NCBI GenBank assembly: GCA_963751275.1 | Contig: CAVVTZ010000011.1 | Coordinates: 288,001 to 352,000, forward strand | Source: an uncultured Gemmatimonadaceae bacterium | GTDB lineage: Bacteria > Gemmatimonadota > Gemmatimonadetes > Gemmatimonadales > Gemmatimonadaceae | Reading direction: 5' to 3' | DNA: 64,000 nucleotides | In this document: positions 22,979 through 36,145 of the stretch, piece after piece | How positions within the stretch are numbered: position 1 is the first letter of the stretch | Layout of the letters: every line of letters starts with the position of its first letter | Translations under genes and position numbers: made by a program | Notes under the pieces: model-generated | Told to the model about the DNA's origin: nothing | Seen by the model: the letters and a program-made list of their open reading frames with translations, nothing else | Database searches by the model: none

Positions 22979-24091
22979 GGCAGCGCCATGCCGAGTGCGA
23001 TGCCGGCGACGCGCGACGCCGCGCCGGGCGTGCCGAGCTTCTCCTTCACCTCGGCCAGGCCCTGCACCATCGCCGCGCGCTGCGGGCTCGCGCGGTCGAG
23101 GAGGGGCGCGAGGGCGTCGGCCATCGCGCCCGGCTGCGCGGCGCTCTGCACGAACTCCGGCGCCACCTGCCGCCCCGCGACGACGTTCACCAATCCGATG
23201 AGCGGGATGAATACCACGCGCCGCGCGATCGCGTAGGTGATCGCGCTCGTGCGGTAGGCCACGACCAGCGGGCAGCCGGCCACCGCCGCTTCCAGCGTGG
23301 ACGTGCCGCTCTTCGACAGCGCCGCATCCGCCGCGCGCCACACGGTGAATGAACTCGCGTGCACTTGCTGGAAGGGGCACTCGCTCTCGGGGAGCGTGAT
23401 CCCCGGCGCCACGCTCACGATCACGCGCAGCCCCGGTGTGCGTCGCTGCAGTTCCTGCGCAGTCTCGACGAAGATCGTGGAGATGCCGCTCGATCTCGCT
23501 CTTCCGGCTCCCCGGGAAGAGCGCGAGGACCGGCGCGTTCCCCTCGAGTCCGAGCGTCCGCCGCGCCTCCTCCGTCGACGGCAGCGCCGCGGCGCGGTCC
23601 AGCAGCGGATGGCCCACGAACGTCGCGTCGATCCCGGCGTTGCGGAGCATCTCCTCTTCGAACGGCAGGATACACGCGGCGCGCGTGATCGTGCGCGCAA
23701 GCTCCGTGAGTCGCTTCGCCCCCCACGCCCACACCTGCGGCGTGATGTAGTACAGCACCGGCACGCCCGCTTCGCGCGCCGCGGCCGCCACCTTCATGTT
23801 GAAACCGGGGTAGTCGAGCAGGATCACGAGTCCGACCTCGCCCGAACGCAGCCTCGCCTTGATCTCGGCGAGCAGCCGCCAGTGTTTCGGGATGTGCGCC
23901 AGCACCTCGAGGAAGCCCATCACCGCGAGACGGTCGGTGTGCTCCATCAAGGTGACGCCGGCGGCCTCCATGCGCGCGCCCCCGATGCCGCTCAACGGAA
24001 GATCCGGAGCGCGGCGGCGCAATTCGGCGGCCACTCCCGCGCCATGAAGGTCGCCGGACGGCTCGCCGGCGACGAACAGCATTTCACGCAC
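22975..24091 (-). CDS. lpxB: Lipid-A-disaccharide synthase (indel near 23480)
   Basis: AGEPSGDLHG, DYPGFN, PQVWAW, FVGHPL, PGSRKSE and SGTSTLE. Confidence 0.95.
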
Positions 24092-25088
24092 GGCTGGGGG
24101 CCGGCGGCGCGAGCCAGCGCGGCAAGCCGCGCTCGATCTCCTTCACGATCCGCAGCGCGACGGCGAGCGCGTCGCGCCCCTCCTCGCCGCTCACCGCCAC
24201 CTTTTGCTCCCCGCGCACCGCCGCGACGAAGCTCTCGAACTCGAGCTTGAGCGGTTCGCCCTCGGGCGCCTTCAGCACGATGCGCTCCATGAATTCCTCG
24301 AGCTTGCGCGGCGCCTGCTTCAGCGTTTCCAGATCGATCCCGCCCTTGATGCGGTAGAAGACGCCGTCGCCCTCCCCGAGGTCGAGCGAGATGTACCCGC
24401 TGCGCTGGAACACGCGCAGCTTGCGCAGCCGGTCGCGGGAAACGCGGCTCGCCGTGATGTTCGCCACCGCGCCGCTCTCGAACGTGAGACGCGCGTTCGC
24501 GATGTCCACTTCGGTCGTGATCACCGGAATCCCCGCGGCGGACAGTTCGGTCACCTTGCTGCCGACCACGGTGTGCACGAGGTCGATGTCGTGGATCATG
24601 AGGTCGAGCACGACCGGCACGTCGGCGCCGCGCGGATTGAACGGCGCAAGGCGGTTGATCTCGACGAAGCCGGGATGATCGAGGTACGGCAGCGCCGCGC
24701 GCACCGCACGATTGAAGCGCTCGACGTGGCCGATCTGCACGACCACGCCGGCTTTCTTCGCGGCGGCGAGCATCTCGTCCGCCTCCTCGAGCGTGGCCGC
24801 GATCGGCTTCTCGATCAGCACGTGTTTCCCCGCGGCGAGCGCCTTCATGGTCACCGCATGGTGCGCCGGCGTCGGCACGACCACGGTCACTGCGTCAGCC
24901 GCGCCGATCAGCGCGTCGAGCGAGTCGAAGGAACGCACGCCCAGTTCCTTCGCCACCTGGGCCGCGCGCTCGGCGCGCGCGTCATGGAAGCCGACCAGCT
25001 CCGCGCCCTCGATGTCGCGGAACAGGCGCACGTGATGATAGCCGAGGCCGCCCGCCCCGATGACGCCGACCTTCAGCTTGCCGCTCAC
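24084..25088 (-). CDS. Gfo/Idh/MocA oxidoreductase, probable UDP-GlcNAc 3-dehydrogenase (GnnA-like)
   Basis: GVIGAGGLG, IEKP, GHVERFN and DLMIHDID; located between lpxA and lpxB. Confidence 0.85.
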   Translation of the reverse strand: MSGKLKVGVIGAGGLGYHHVRLFRDIEGAELVGFHDARAERAAQVAKELGVRSFDSLDALIGAADAVTVVVPTPAHHAVTMKALAAGKHVLIEKPIAATLEEADEMLAAAKKAGVVVQIGHVERFNRAVRAALPYLDHPGFVEINRLAPFNPRGADVPVVLDLMIHDIDLVHTVVGSKVTELSAAGIPVITTEVDIANARLTFESGAVANITASRVSRDRLRKLRVFQRSGYISLDLGEGDGVFYRIKGGIDLETLKQAPRKLEEFMERIVLKAPEGEPLKLEFESFVAAVRGEQKVAVSGEEGRDALAVALRIVKEIERGLPRWLAPPAPSRA

Positions 25089-25861
25089 ATCACCACTCCG
25101 CGGCCGCTCGCGCCGACGAATTCGAGGAAGTGCTTCACCTCCGGGAACAGCTGCAGCTCGTGCTCCGCGCGTTCCATCGCCTGCGTCACGTTCAACTCGG
25201 AGCGGAAGAAGAGACGGTACGCGCGCTTGAGCTCGTGCACGACGTCGGGGCTGAAGTTGTTCCGCTGCAGCCCGACGCTGTTCAGCCCGTAGAGCTTGAT
25301 CGGGTTCCCCACCGCCTTCAGATACGGCGGCACGTCCTTCGGCACCCGCGAGTGCCCGCCAATGAAGCTGTACGCGCCGATCTTCACGAACTGGTGCACC
25401 GCCACGAGCCCGGAGATGATGCAGCGCTCCTCGATCGTGATGTGCCCCGCGAATTGGCTGCCGTTGGAGATGATGACGTTGTCGCCCACGTGGCAGTCGT
25501 GCGCCAGGTGCACGTACGTCATGATGAAGCAGTTCATCCCCACGGTGGTCTTCATGCTCTCGGTGGTGCCGCGATTGATCGTCGCGAACTCGCGGATCAC
25601 GGTGTTCTCGCCGATCTCCACGGTGGTCGGCTCGCCCTTGTACTTCAGATCCTGCGGGTCGCCGCCCAGGATGGAGCTCGACCCCACCTTCACGTTGGCG
25701 CCGAGCGTCACGTAGCGCTCGAGCGACGCGCGGGGCGCGATCACGCACCCCTCACCCACCACGCAGTGCGGCCCGATGATCGCGAACGCCCCCACCTCCA
25801 CACCGTCGCCCAGCTGGGCCTCGGGCGAGATGATCGCGGTCGGATGGATCTTGGCTTTCAT
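25085..25861 (-). CDS. lpxA: Acyl-ACP--UDP-N-acetylglucosamine O-acyltransferase
   Basis: IHPTAII, PQDLKY, HLAHDC, VHQF and GLNSVGL. Confidence 0.96.
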   Translation of the reverse strand: MKAKIHPTAIISPEAQLGDGVEVGAFAIIGPHCVVGEGCVIAPRASLERYVTLGANVKVGSSSILGGDPQDLKYKGEPTTVEIGENTVIREFATINRGTTESMKTTVGMNCFIMTYVHLAHDCHVGDNVIISNGSQFAGHITIEERCIISGLVAVHQFVKIGAYSFIGGHSRVPKDVPPYLKAVGNPIKLYGLNSVGLQRNNFSPDVVHELKRAYRLFFRSELNVTQAMERAEHELQLFPEVKHFLEFVGASGRGVVM

Positions 25862-27134
25862 CGGTCCATCACCATGGCGCTCATGTCCGCCTCGCACACG
25901 GTCTCGCCGTCCACCTTGGCGATGCCGTGCACCCGGGCGATGCGCGCCCGGATCTGCAGCAGCTCCACCTCGAAGCGCAGCTGGTCGCCCGGCTTCACGG
26001 GCCGGCGCCAGCGCACGTTGTCGAGCGACATGAAGTACACGACCTTGCTCTGCGGATCGGCCACAGTGCCCATGAGCAGCACGCCGCCCACCTGCGCCAT
26101 CGCTTCGATGATCAGCACCCCGGGCATGATCGGATGCCCCGGGAAGTGCCCCTGGAAGAAGGGCTCATTGATCGTGACGTTCTTGATGCCCACGACGTGC
26201 TTCCCATCGAGCTCGAGGATCCGGTCCACGAGCAGGAACGGATAGCGGTGCGGCAGGACCTTCATGATCTCTTCGATGCCAAGCATCCTCGTCTCCTTTG
26301 CGGCGAGGTTCACCAGCTCCCGTACCAGCGCCACCGTGCCGCGGTGGCTCGGTTTGAACGCGACGACGCGCGCCCGGACCCGCATGCCGGCCAGCGCCAG
26401 GTCGCCCACGCAATCCATCGCCTTGTGCCGCACGAACTCGTCGGCCCACCGGAGCGTCGTGTCCACCGGCCCCGCCGTGTCGAGCACCACGGAGTTCTGC
26501 GTCGACGCGCCCTGGATCAGACCCATTCCCCGCAGCGCATCGACCTCGTGCACGAATCCGAACGTACGCGCGCCGGCCAATTCCTTCGCGAAATTCCCCT
26601 CGGTGACCTCGAGCGACAGCTCCTGGCGCCCGATCAGCGGATGCGGGAACTCGATCGTCACATCGAGTGAGAAGCGATCGGCGGGGTGCGCCTCGTAGCG
26701 CGACTCGCCATCCGTCACCACCACCGGCGAGCGTACGCGGAGATACTGCACCGCTCCCTCGCCCTCGGCAATCCCCGCGCCCGCGAGCGCGTCGAAGAAC
26801 GGCTGCGCGCTGCCGTCCAGGATCGGCGGCTCGGGCGCATCGAGCTCGATGAGCAGATCGTCGATCTCGTGCGCCGCGACCGCCGCCAGCACATGCTCCA
26901 CCGTGTGCAGCGCGCGTTCCCCCTCGCCGATCTGCGTCCGGCGCGCCACCTGCACCGCCTGGTCGATGCGCGCCGGCACCTCCGGCGAACCCGGGAGATC
27001 GGTGCGCCGGAACACGATCCCGCGCCCCGCGGCGCCCGGCTTGAACGTGAGATGACATTCGTGACCGAGATGCAATCCGATGCCGGCGAGCGACGCCGTA
27101 CCCTGATCGTGCGCCGCCGCGCGGGCATGCTCAC
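25858..27134 (-). CDS. lpxC: Bifunctional LpxC / FabZ (indel near the 5' end)
   Basis: [18 protein letters not shown] and HKAMDCVGD fused to [11 protein letters not shown] and FQGHFP...[12 protein letters not shown]. Confidence 0.94.
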
Positions 27135-28201
27135 GAGGGCCGTCGGCCCGCGAGCCGCTCCAGCTCCTTGACGATGCGCGCCAGCCGGCCGAGCGCCGCC
27201 TGCGCGACGAGCGTCTCACGATGCGGGCGCGCCAGCGTGCCCGACCACGTCTCGCCGGCGGGCACGTCGCTCGACACGCCGGATTGTCCGGCGATCTTGG
27301 CCTGCGCGCCGATGGTGAGATGCCCGCCCACGCCCACCTGCCCGCCCAGCACCGCGCCGTCGCCGACGACGGTCGAGCCGGAGATCCCGACCTGCGCCAC
27401 GATCAGGCAGAGCCGGCCGAGTCGCACGTTGTGCGCGATGTGCACGAGGTTGTCGATCTTGGTGCCCGCACCGATCACCGTGTCGTCGATGCTGCCTCGG
27501 TCGATCGCGCTGTTCGCGCCGATCTCCACGTCGTCCTCGATCAGACAGCGGCCCACGTGCGGGATCTTCTGGTGCGCGCCGGCGGCGTACACGTAGCCGA
27601 ATCCGTCGCTGCCGGCGCGTACCCCGGCGTGCAGGCGCACGCGCTGGCCCACGATGGTGCCCGGGTACAGCGTCACAGCGGACACGAGATGACTGTCATC
27701 ACCCACGCGCACGCCGTGCCCCACATCGCAGTGCGCGCCGACCACCACCCGGTCGCCGAGCTCCGCGCCGTCGCCGATCACGGCATAGGGGCCGACGGAG
27801 ATATCGCGGCCGAATCGCGCGCCGCGTCCGATGATCGCCGTCGGATGGATGCCGGCCGGCGCCGCGGCCGCGCGGTAGAGCGCCGGCAGCACCTTGAGCA
27901 TCGCCTCGTGCGGACGCTCGACGACGATGCGGCACACCGGGCCCGCTGCGTCCGCGAGATCCGGCGTCACGAGCACGACGCCGGCCGCCGAGCCCTTGAA
28001 CTCGTCGAGATAGGACGCGCTGCCGAGGAAGCTCAGGTCGTGGGCGGCGGCACGACGCAGCGGGGCGACCGCGCGCACCACGATGGCGCCGTCGCCGCGC
28101 AGCGTGCCGCCGACGCGCTGCGCGATCTCCGCCGCGGTGAGCGACGGCGATGCATCACCGGCGGTCCGAGGACCGCCGGTGGAGGGTGCCGGTGCCGTCA
28201 A
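27131..28201 (-). CDS. lpxD: UDP-3-O-acyl-glucosamine N-acyltransferase
   Basis: Hexapeptide repeats, [18 protein letters not shown] and [11 protein letters not shown]. Confidence 0.96.
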   Translation of the reverse strand: MTAPAPSTGGPRTAGDASPSLTAAEIAQRVGGTLRGDGAIVVRAVAPLRRAAAHDLSFLGSASYLDEFKGSAAGVVLVTPDLADAAGPVCRIVVERPHEAMLKVLPALYRAAAAPAGIHPTAIIGRGARFGRDISVGPYAVIGDGAELGDRVVVGAHCDVGHGVRVGDDSHLVSAVTLYPGTIVGQRVRLHAGVRAGSDGFGYVYAAGAHQKIPHVGRCLIEDDVEIGANSAIDRGSIDDTVIGAGTKIDNLVHIAHNVRLGRLCLIVAQVGISGSTVVGDGAVLGGQVGVGGHLTIGAQAKIAGQSGVSSDVPAGETWSGTLARPHRETLVAQAALGRLARIVKELERLAGRRPS

Positions 28202-28842
28202 CGGCCTCGCGGCGGGTTCGGCGGCCGGCTGATGCCCGTCGGCTTCGCGGTCGCCGCCGGCGTCGGCGCGGCCGGCTTCACGGTGGTCGGCTTCGTGGCG
28301 CCCGCCTTCGGCGGACCGAGCGCCGCCAGGCGCGCGATCACCTTGTCCGTCAGGTCGAGCGTCGTGTCCACCGACACCACCACCCCCGACTGGCTGCCGG
28401 CATCCAGGATCACGGCATAGTTCCCTTCCGCGCGGAGTCCGTCGATCACGCCGCGGATCTGGTCCATGATCGGCTGCACGAGCTGCGCCTGACGCTGGGT
28501 GACCTTCCCTTCCATCTGCTGCGCGCGCTGCTGGTACTCCTGCTGCTTCGCCTTCAGCGCCATCTCGCGCTGCGTGCGCTGCGCCGGCGTCAGCGTCGCC
28601 TGCACCTTGGTGTATTCCTGCACCATGGCGCTCAGCGAGTCGCTCATGCGCTGCTCGGTGGCCTTCACGCCCTCCGTTTCCATGTCGATCGCCTGCTGCG
28701 CGTCGCTGAAGCCAGGCGCCGCCGGCAGGATGCGCTGGGAATTGACGTAGCCGATCTTCGTGGGCGCCTGCGCCGTCGCGCCGGCCGCCGCCAGAAGGGT
28801 GAGGGCGAATGCGCTGAGCGCGGCCCGGGAGAGGTTGGTCAT
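28198..28842 (-). CDS. skp: Periplasmic chaperone Skp/OmpH
   Basis: Signal peptide, KIGYVNSQRIL, a coiled coil and DLTDKVI; between bamA and lpxD. Confidence 0.9.
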   Translation of the reverse strand: MTNLSRAALSAFALTLLAAAGATAQAPTKIGYVNSQRILPAAPGFSDAQQAIDMETEGVKATEQRMSDSLSAMVQEYTKVQATLTPAQRTQREMALKAKQQEYQQRAQQMEGKVTQRQAQLVQPIMDQIRGVIDGLRAEGNYAVILDAGSQSGVVVSVDTTLDLTDKVIARLAALGPPKAGATKPTTVKPAAPTPAATAKPTGISRPPNPPRGR

Positions 28843-28858
28843 GATGGTCCCTGAAGGG

Positions 28859-31276
28859 TTATTGGATGATATTGCCGAGGCGGAAATGCAGTTGCCACGC
28901 TGGTGCCGGTTGATTGAAGGCGTTGGTCCGGTCGAAGCCGTAGCCATAATCCAGGCCGAGCGGTCCGAGCGGCGTGACGATCGAGATGCCCACGCCGGCG
29001 CCGCGGAAGAGGCGCGTGGGATCGAAATCCCGCGCGTCCGCGTACACGTTGCCGGCGTCGAAGAACAGGTCGCTGTAGACCATCGAGCTCCAACGCATGC
29101 CGAGCTCGGCGGTCATCGAGAAGAAAGAATTGCCGAACGACTGGATCTGCGCCTGCTGTGCGCTCAGCGGGGCGTAGCCGTGCGGCGTGATCGAGAAGGA
29201 GGGATAGCCGCGCAGCATCTCGCCGTACTGCGTGCCGCCCATCGTGAACAGCTGCGAATAGAAGAACGAGCCGGTGTTCCCGAAGACGAACCCGGTGCGG
29301 CCCGTGAGGCCGAGCACCAGCTTCATCGGCTGCGACGTGGGCGTGCCGCCGCCGATCGTGGCGAGCGTGTTGTAGCTGCTCACCTGGGCGGTGATGCGCT
29401 GGAAGTCCGCCGTGCCGCCGAGCGGTCCGCCGTTCAACTGGAGCGACACCGTTCGCATCGATCCGCCCGACGGGAACGGCATGTCCACGCGGTTGTCATG
29501 CGTGATCGTGAAGCCGAGCGTCGAGCGGAAGTCCACGTTCTGATTGATCGCGGTATCGCGGACGGCGACGCCGCCCGAGAACTGCACCGCCTCCGCACCG
29601 TAGGAGAGGAAGAAGCGCGTGAACGGCGAGCCGGCGATCGGGAAGCCGAACTGCAGCGAACCGCCGGTGCGGATGCTGTTGCCGAGGTCGGCAACGATGT
29701 ACTGCGTGCGCGTGTGGTAGGCCGCCATCGACGCCGAGATCCGCGTGTGATGGTAGGAAGGATCGGTGTAGGTGAGCTGGAAGTCATTGTTGTAGCGCCC
29801 GAACTGCCACTGGAGCGTGCCCTTCTTGCAGGTGCCGAACAGGTTGGGCTGGTCCAGGCCGATGAAACCGCCGACGCCCGTGCCCTGTCCCACCGACGCG
29901 CCGAAGTTGATCGTCCCGGTCTTCTTCTCCTTCACGTGGAAGATGATGTCCACGTCGCCCTGATCGTTCGCCGGCCGCGTATCGGGCGGCGGCAGCGGCG
30001 ACTCGAAGAAGCCCATGTTCTGGATGTTCTGGTAGCTGCGCAGCAGGCGGTCCTGGTTGAAGACGTCGCCGGGCAGGATCACCAGCTGCTCACGGATGCA
30101 GCCCTCGTTCGTGTAATCGTTGCCCGCGATGTCGATCCGGTTGATCGTCGCCGGGATCCGCTCGTCGATCTCCCACCGGAGGTTCACGACGTGCAGCGTG
30201 TCGTTCTTGGTCACGCGGTCGATCACCCCGCGGATCTGGGCGTAGATGTACCCCTCGTTGCTGTAGAGCGAACGCACGTGCGAGACGGCGTCATCCCACT
30301 CGCTCTCGTTGAAGGCGTACGGATCCGGCAGCTCGCCCTTCACCACGCTGAGCATGCGCGCCGTGATCGATGGCCCCTGCCCGGTGAACGGGTAGTACGC
30401 CATCAGCTCTTCCGTCGAGAAGTGGCGGTTGCCAATGATCTCGAAGCTGCCCACCCGGTATTTCACGCCCTCGCTCACGGTGATCTGGATCGCGCCCTTG
30501 CCGCTGACCGGATCGACGATCACGGTATCATCCAGGACCTGGAAATCGATGTAGCCGCGGTCGTGGTACAGCTTGATCAGGTGGTCGCCGATGTCGTTGG
30601 CCAGCTTGTCCTCATCGAGCTCGCCCGACTCCCAGAAGAAGAACCCCTCGGACTTCGTATCGAAGGACGCGAGGATCGTCGAGGTCTTGATCTGCTTGTT
30701 GCCGACGATCTGGATGGAGCTGATCGCCAGCCGGTGCCCCTCGGAGATGTCGAACGTGAGCTTCAACCGCCCGTCGGTGATCGAGGAATCCACCTTCACC
30801 GTGGCCAGGTAATAGCCCTTCTCGCGGTACGCGGAGTCGATCTTCGCCACCGCGAGCGCGACCAGCGCCGGGTCGACCGGGCGCCCGACGGGCACCTCGA
30901 TCTTGTCGCGCATGTTGCTCTTCGCGAACACCGTCGCGCCATTCACCGTGACGCCGGCGAGCAGCGGGCGCTCCACGACGTGCACGATGAGCGTCGCTCT
31001 GTTCGTGACCGGGTTGATGTCACAGTGCACCTGCACGTCGTCGAACTGCCCGGTGGCGTAGAGATTCTTGATCGCGCGCTGCACCACGCGGTAGTTCAGC
31101 GTGTCCCCCGCCTTCACGCCCGCATCCGCGATGATGATCGAGCGCGACACCCGAGAATTGCCCGTGAACGCGACCGAATCCGGGATGGCGCACGGCACCG
31201 CCGGGGCCTGAGCATGGGCGGCCATCGGCGCGAGCACCGCCATCAACACGAACAGAGTGGATTTGGCGCGAGACAT
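28859..31276 (-). CDS. bamA: Outer membrane protein assembly factor BamA
   Basis: Signal peptide, POTRA repeats, beta barrel with LRGY motif and a C-terminal LHFRLG. Confidence 0.94.
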   Translation of the reverse strand: MSRAKSTLFVLMAVLAPMAAHAQAPAVPCAIPDSVAFTGNSRVSRSIIIADAGVKAGDTLNYRVVQRAIKNLYATGQFDDVQVHCDINPVTNRATLIVHVVERPLLAGVTVNGATVFAKSNMRDKIEVPVGRPVDPALVALAVAKIDSAYREKGYYLATVKVDSSITDGRLKLTFDISEGHRLAISSIQIVGNKQIKTSTILASFDTKSEGFFFWESGELDEDKLANDIGDHLIKLYHDRGYIDFQVLDDTVIVDPVSGKGAIQITVSEGVKYRVGSFEIIGNRHFSTEELMAYYPFTGQGPSITARMLSVVKGELPDPYAFNESEWDDAVSHVRSLYSNEGYIYAQIRGVIDRVTKNDTLHVVNLRWEIDERIPATINRIDIAGNDYTNEGCIREQLVILPGDVFNQDRLLRSYQNIQNMGFFESPLPPPDTRPANDQGDVDIIFHVKEKKTGTINFGASVGQGTGVGGFIGLDQPNLFGTCKKGTLQWQFGRYNNDFQLTYTDPSYHHTRISASMAAYHTRTQYIVADLGNSIRTGGSLQFGFPIAGSPFTRFFLSYGAEAVQFSGGVAVRDTAINQNVDFRSTLGFTITHDNRVDMPFPSGGSMRTVSLQLNGGPLGGTADFQRITAQVSSYNTLATIGGGTPTSQPMKLVLGLTGRTGFVFGNTGSFFYSQLFTMGGTQYGEMLRGYPSFSITPHGYAPLSAQQAQIQSFGNSFFSMTAELGMRWSSMVYSDLFFDAGNVYADARDFDPTRLFRGAGVGISIVTPLGPLGLDYGYGFDRTNAFNQPAPAWQLHFRLGNIIQ

Positions 31277-31295
31277 TCTCTAAAGATACACGCGA

Positions 31296-31333
31296 AACGG
31301 CCGAATGGCCCACCTGAGGGTCACTCGGCCGTT
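31296..31333 (-). terminator. Hairpin between clpC and bamA (weak terminator or stability element)
   Basis: 16-bp stem aacggccgagtgaccc/gggccattcggccgtt with G-U pairs and only a short U run. Confidence 0.55.
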
Positions 31334-31356
31334 CCGCCGTCGAAGGGCGGAAGGAT

Positions 31357-33840
<2,484 letters not shown>

Positions 33841-33873
33841 AGGTCCCTCAATGACGGGCACCCGGAGAATGGG

Positions 33874-34959
33874 TCAGCCCTTTGTCACCGCTTCGTCGGC
33901 CAGAGTCTGCCGGACGTACCGCGCGCGGGCCACGTTCGCCTCGCTCTCGGTGAGCGTCCGTCCTTCACGCTGCGACAGATGTGCCGACTGCGAAAAGATC
34001 AGGAGCTTGTTGAGGGTATATACACTCAGACCGGGGACCAGTTTCAGACCGACAGCCAAGCGCACGCCACTCAGGTAGTTCATCGCCTCTTCGAACGAGA
34101 GACTCCGCGCATAGCGCAGCGTCCCGTACGCCCGCCAAAGCTTGTCTTCTATAATATAACCGGCGTCCCGCAACAATACACGTCTCGCCTCCTCCTCCCG
34201 CGCCACGACCGTCCGCAGGATGTGCATCAACTGCTCGATGATCTCGTCCTCGGATCTCCCCAGCGTCGTCTGATTGGAGATCTGGAAGAAATTCCCGACC
34301 ACCTCACTGCCTTCGCCATAGAGCCCGCGGTAGGTCAACCCGATCGCCTGGAGACCGGTGAGGGTCTTCGCGATCTCCTTCGTGAGCACGAGCCCCGGCA
34401 GGTGCATCAGCACCGACGCCCGCATCCCCGTGCCGGTGTTCGTCGGGCACGACGTGAGGAAGCCGAACTCCCGGTGGAACGCGTACGGCACGCGCGCGCC
34501 CAGATCGTCATCCAGCCGCTGGATCGCCGCGTACGCGCCCGTCAGATCGAACCCGGAGCGCAGCGTCTGCAGCCGGAGGTGATCCTCCTCATTCACCATG
34601 ACGCCCGAACCGTCCCCGAGGAAAACCGCGGCGCCGCTGCGCACGGGGTGCTGCGGGTCGAGACCGGCCAGCTCGCGGCTCACCAGGTGCCGCTCGTGGA
34701 GCAGCATCCGCTCGTCGCCGCCCAGTTCGTCCACGCGCACGAGCAGGCTGCCGGCCAGCGCCGGCGTCTCCGCCACCGCCTCTCGCACCCGAGTCAGGAT
34801 CCGGAGGCGCTCGCCTTCCCGCGCCCGCCCCGGGAAGGCGAAGCCCTCGAGGTTCCGGGCCAGCCGGATGCGCGTAGAGAGCACCGTGCCCGCATGCTCG
34901 CCCGACGCATCGAGCCAGTTCACCCCGCCGTCGGGGAGCAGCGAGAGATCGAGGGTCAT
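33874..34959 (-). CDS. mcsB: Protein-arginine kinase McsB
   Basis: STRIRLARN, NEEDHLR, GFLTSCPTNTGTG and QISNQTTLG. Confidence 0.95.
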   Translation of the reverse strand: MTLDLSLLPDGGVNWLDASGEHAGTVLSTRIRLARNLEGFAFPGRAREGERLRILTRVREAVAETPALAGSLLVRVDELGGDERMLLHERHLVSRELAGLDPQHPVRSGAAVFLGDGSGVMVNEEDHLRLQTLRSGFDLTGAYAAIQRLDDDLGARVPYAFHREFGFLTSCPTNTGTGMRASVLMHLPGLVLTKEIAKTLTGLQAIGLTYRGLYGEGSEVVGNFFQISNQTTLGRSEDEIIEQLMHILRTVVAREEEARRVLLRDAGYIIEDKLWRAYGTLRYARSLSFEEAMNYLSGVRLAVGLKLVPGLSVYTLNKLLIFSQSAHLSQREGRTLTESEANVARARYVRQTLADEAVTKG

Positions 34960-35444
34960 TCGATCACCTTGATCTGGTCGCGGAGCTTGGCCGCCTCCTC
35001 GAACTGCTCCTGGTCGATCGCGCGCTTGAGCCGGTCGCGCAGCTCGGTGAGCACACTCCCGCCCTCTTCCGGCGCCCCGTGCGGCGGCGCGTAGTCCTTG
35101 CCCTGGTGCTTGGAGTTCCCATGCACCCGCCGCAGCAGCTCGCGCAGATTCGCCTCGAACGTCCCGTAGCAGTACGCGCAACCCAGCCGCCCGGTGTTCT
35201 TGAAATCGCGCAGCGTGGCCTGGCAGAAGGCGCAGCGCACGCCGTCCGCCTCGCCCGAGGTGATCGACTTCTGCTGCACCGCCAGGATGAAATCGGCGAG
35301 CGGCTGCTTGGGCGTCGAGAGCTGCGTCTCGATGCCGCGCTCGGCCGCGCACTTCTCGCAGAGGTTGAGCTGTTTCACCGGCGGCTCGGTCACCTGCGTG
35401 ACCTGGATGACGGCGTCGCGCTCCCGGCAATTGTCGCAGAGCAT
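34956..35444 (-). CDS. mcsA: McsB activator McsA
   Basis: Four CxxC motifs, TGRLGC and a C-terminal UVR motif (FEEAAKLRDQI). Confidence 0.94.
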   Translation of the reverse strand: MLCDNCRERDAVIQVTQVTEPPVKQLNLCEKCAAERGIETQLSTPKQPLADFILAVQQKSITSGEADGVRCAFCQATLRDFKNTGRLGCAYCYGTFEANLRELLRRVHGNSKHQGKDYAPPHGAPEEGGSVLTELRDRLKRAIDQEQFEEAAKLRDQIKVIE

Positions 35445-36145
35445 CAGGCCATCACCTCCCGCCGCGCCGCCGTGTCGCGCAATTTCCCATCTTCCAACAG
35501 CAGCACGCGATCGGCGCGCGCGGCCAGCGCCGGATTGTGCGTCACCACGACCATCGCGAGCTCCAGATCGCGCACGACGCGCGTGAACTCGTCGTGCAGC
35601 CGCTCGGCGTTCGCGTGGTCGAGATTCCCCGACGGCTCGTCGGCCAGCACCACCGCCGGATCCATTACGAGCGCACGCGCGACCGCCGTGCGCTGCTGCT
35701 CGCCGCCCGACAGTTCGCCCGGCCGGTGGCTCATGCGCGCCGCCAGCCCCACGCGATCGAGCAATTCGGTCGCGCGCACCCGGGCCCGCGGTGGTTCCCA
35801 TCCGGCGATCAGCATCGGCATCATGACGTTCTCGAGCGCCGAGAACTCGCGCAGAAGGTGATGGAACTGGAATACGAATCCGACACGCCGGTTGCGGAGT
35901 TCCGCGAGCGCTTCATCGGAGCGCCCCGCCACGGCCTCGCCGGCCAGCAGCACGGTCCCGCTGGATGGACGATCCAGCGCCCCGAGGAGATGCAACAGCG
36001 TGCTCTTCCCCGCGCCGCTCGCGCCCATGACCGCCACGAGCTCACCGCGGCGCACGTCGAGCGAGATGCCGTCGAGCACATCCACCCGGCCGCCGTCGCC
36101 GCCGATGAAGACCTTCGTGAGGTCCCGCGCTTCGATCGCGTTCAT
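35444..36145 (-). CDS. lolD: Lipoprotein-releasing ABC transporter ATP-binding protein
   Basis: GASGAGKST, LolD motif GFVFQFHHLL, LSGGEQQR and ADEPSGNLD. Confidence 0.93.
   Translation of the reverse strand: MNAIEARDLTKVFIGGDGGRVDVLDGISLDVRRGELVAVMGASGAGKSTLLHLLGALDRPSSGTVLLAGEAVAGRSDEALAELRNRRVGFVFQFHHLLREFSALENVMMPMLIAGWEPPRARVRATELLDRVGLAARMSHRPGELSGGEQQRTAVARALVMDPAVVLADEPSGNLDHANAERLHDEFTRVVRDLELAMVVVTHNPALAARADRVLLLEDGKLRDTAARREVMA

Noticed and set aside
22319..24091. Apparent LpxB-DUF374 fusion (also murJ-uvrC, thrC-larC and lolC/E-lolD chimeric ORFs)
   Set aside because: The joining segments are off-frame Arg/Gly-rich text, while the proper domains continue in other frames.
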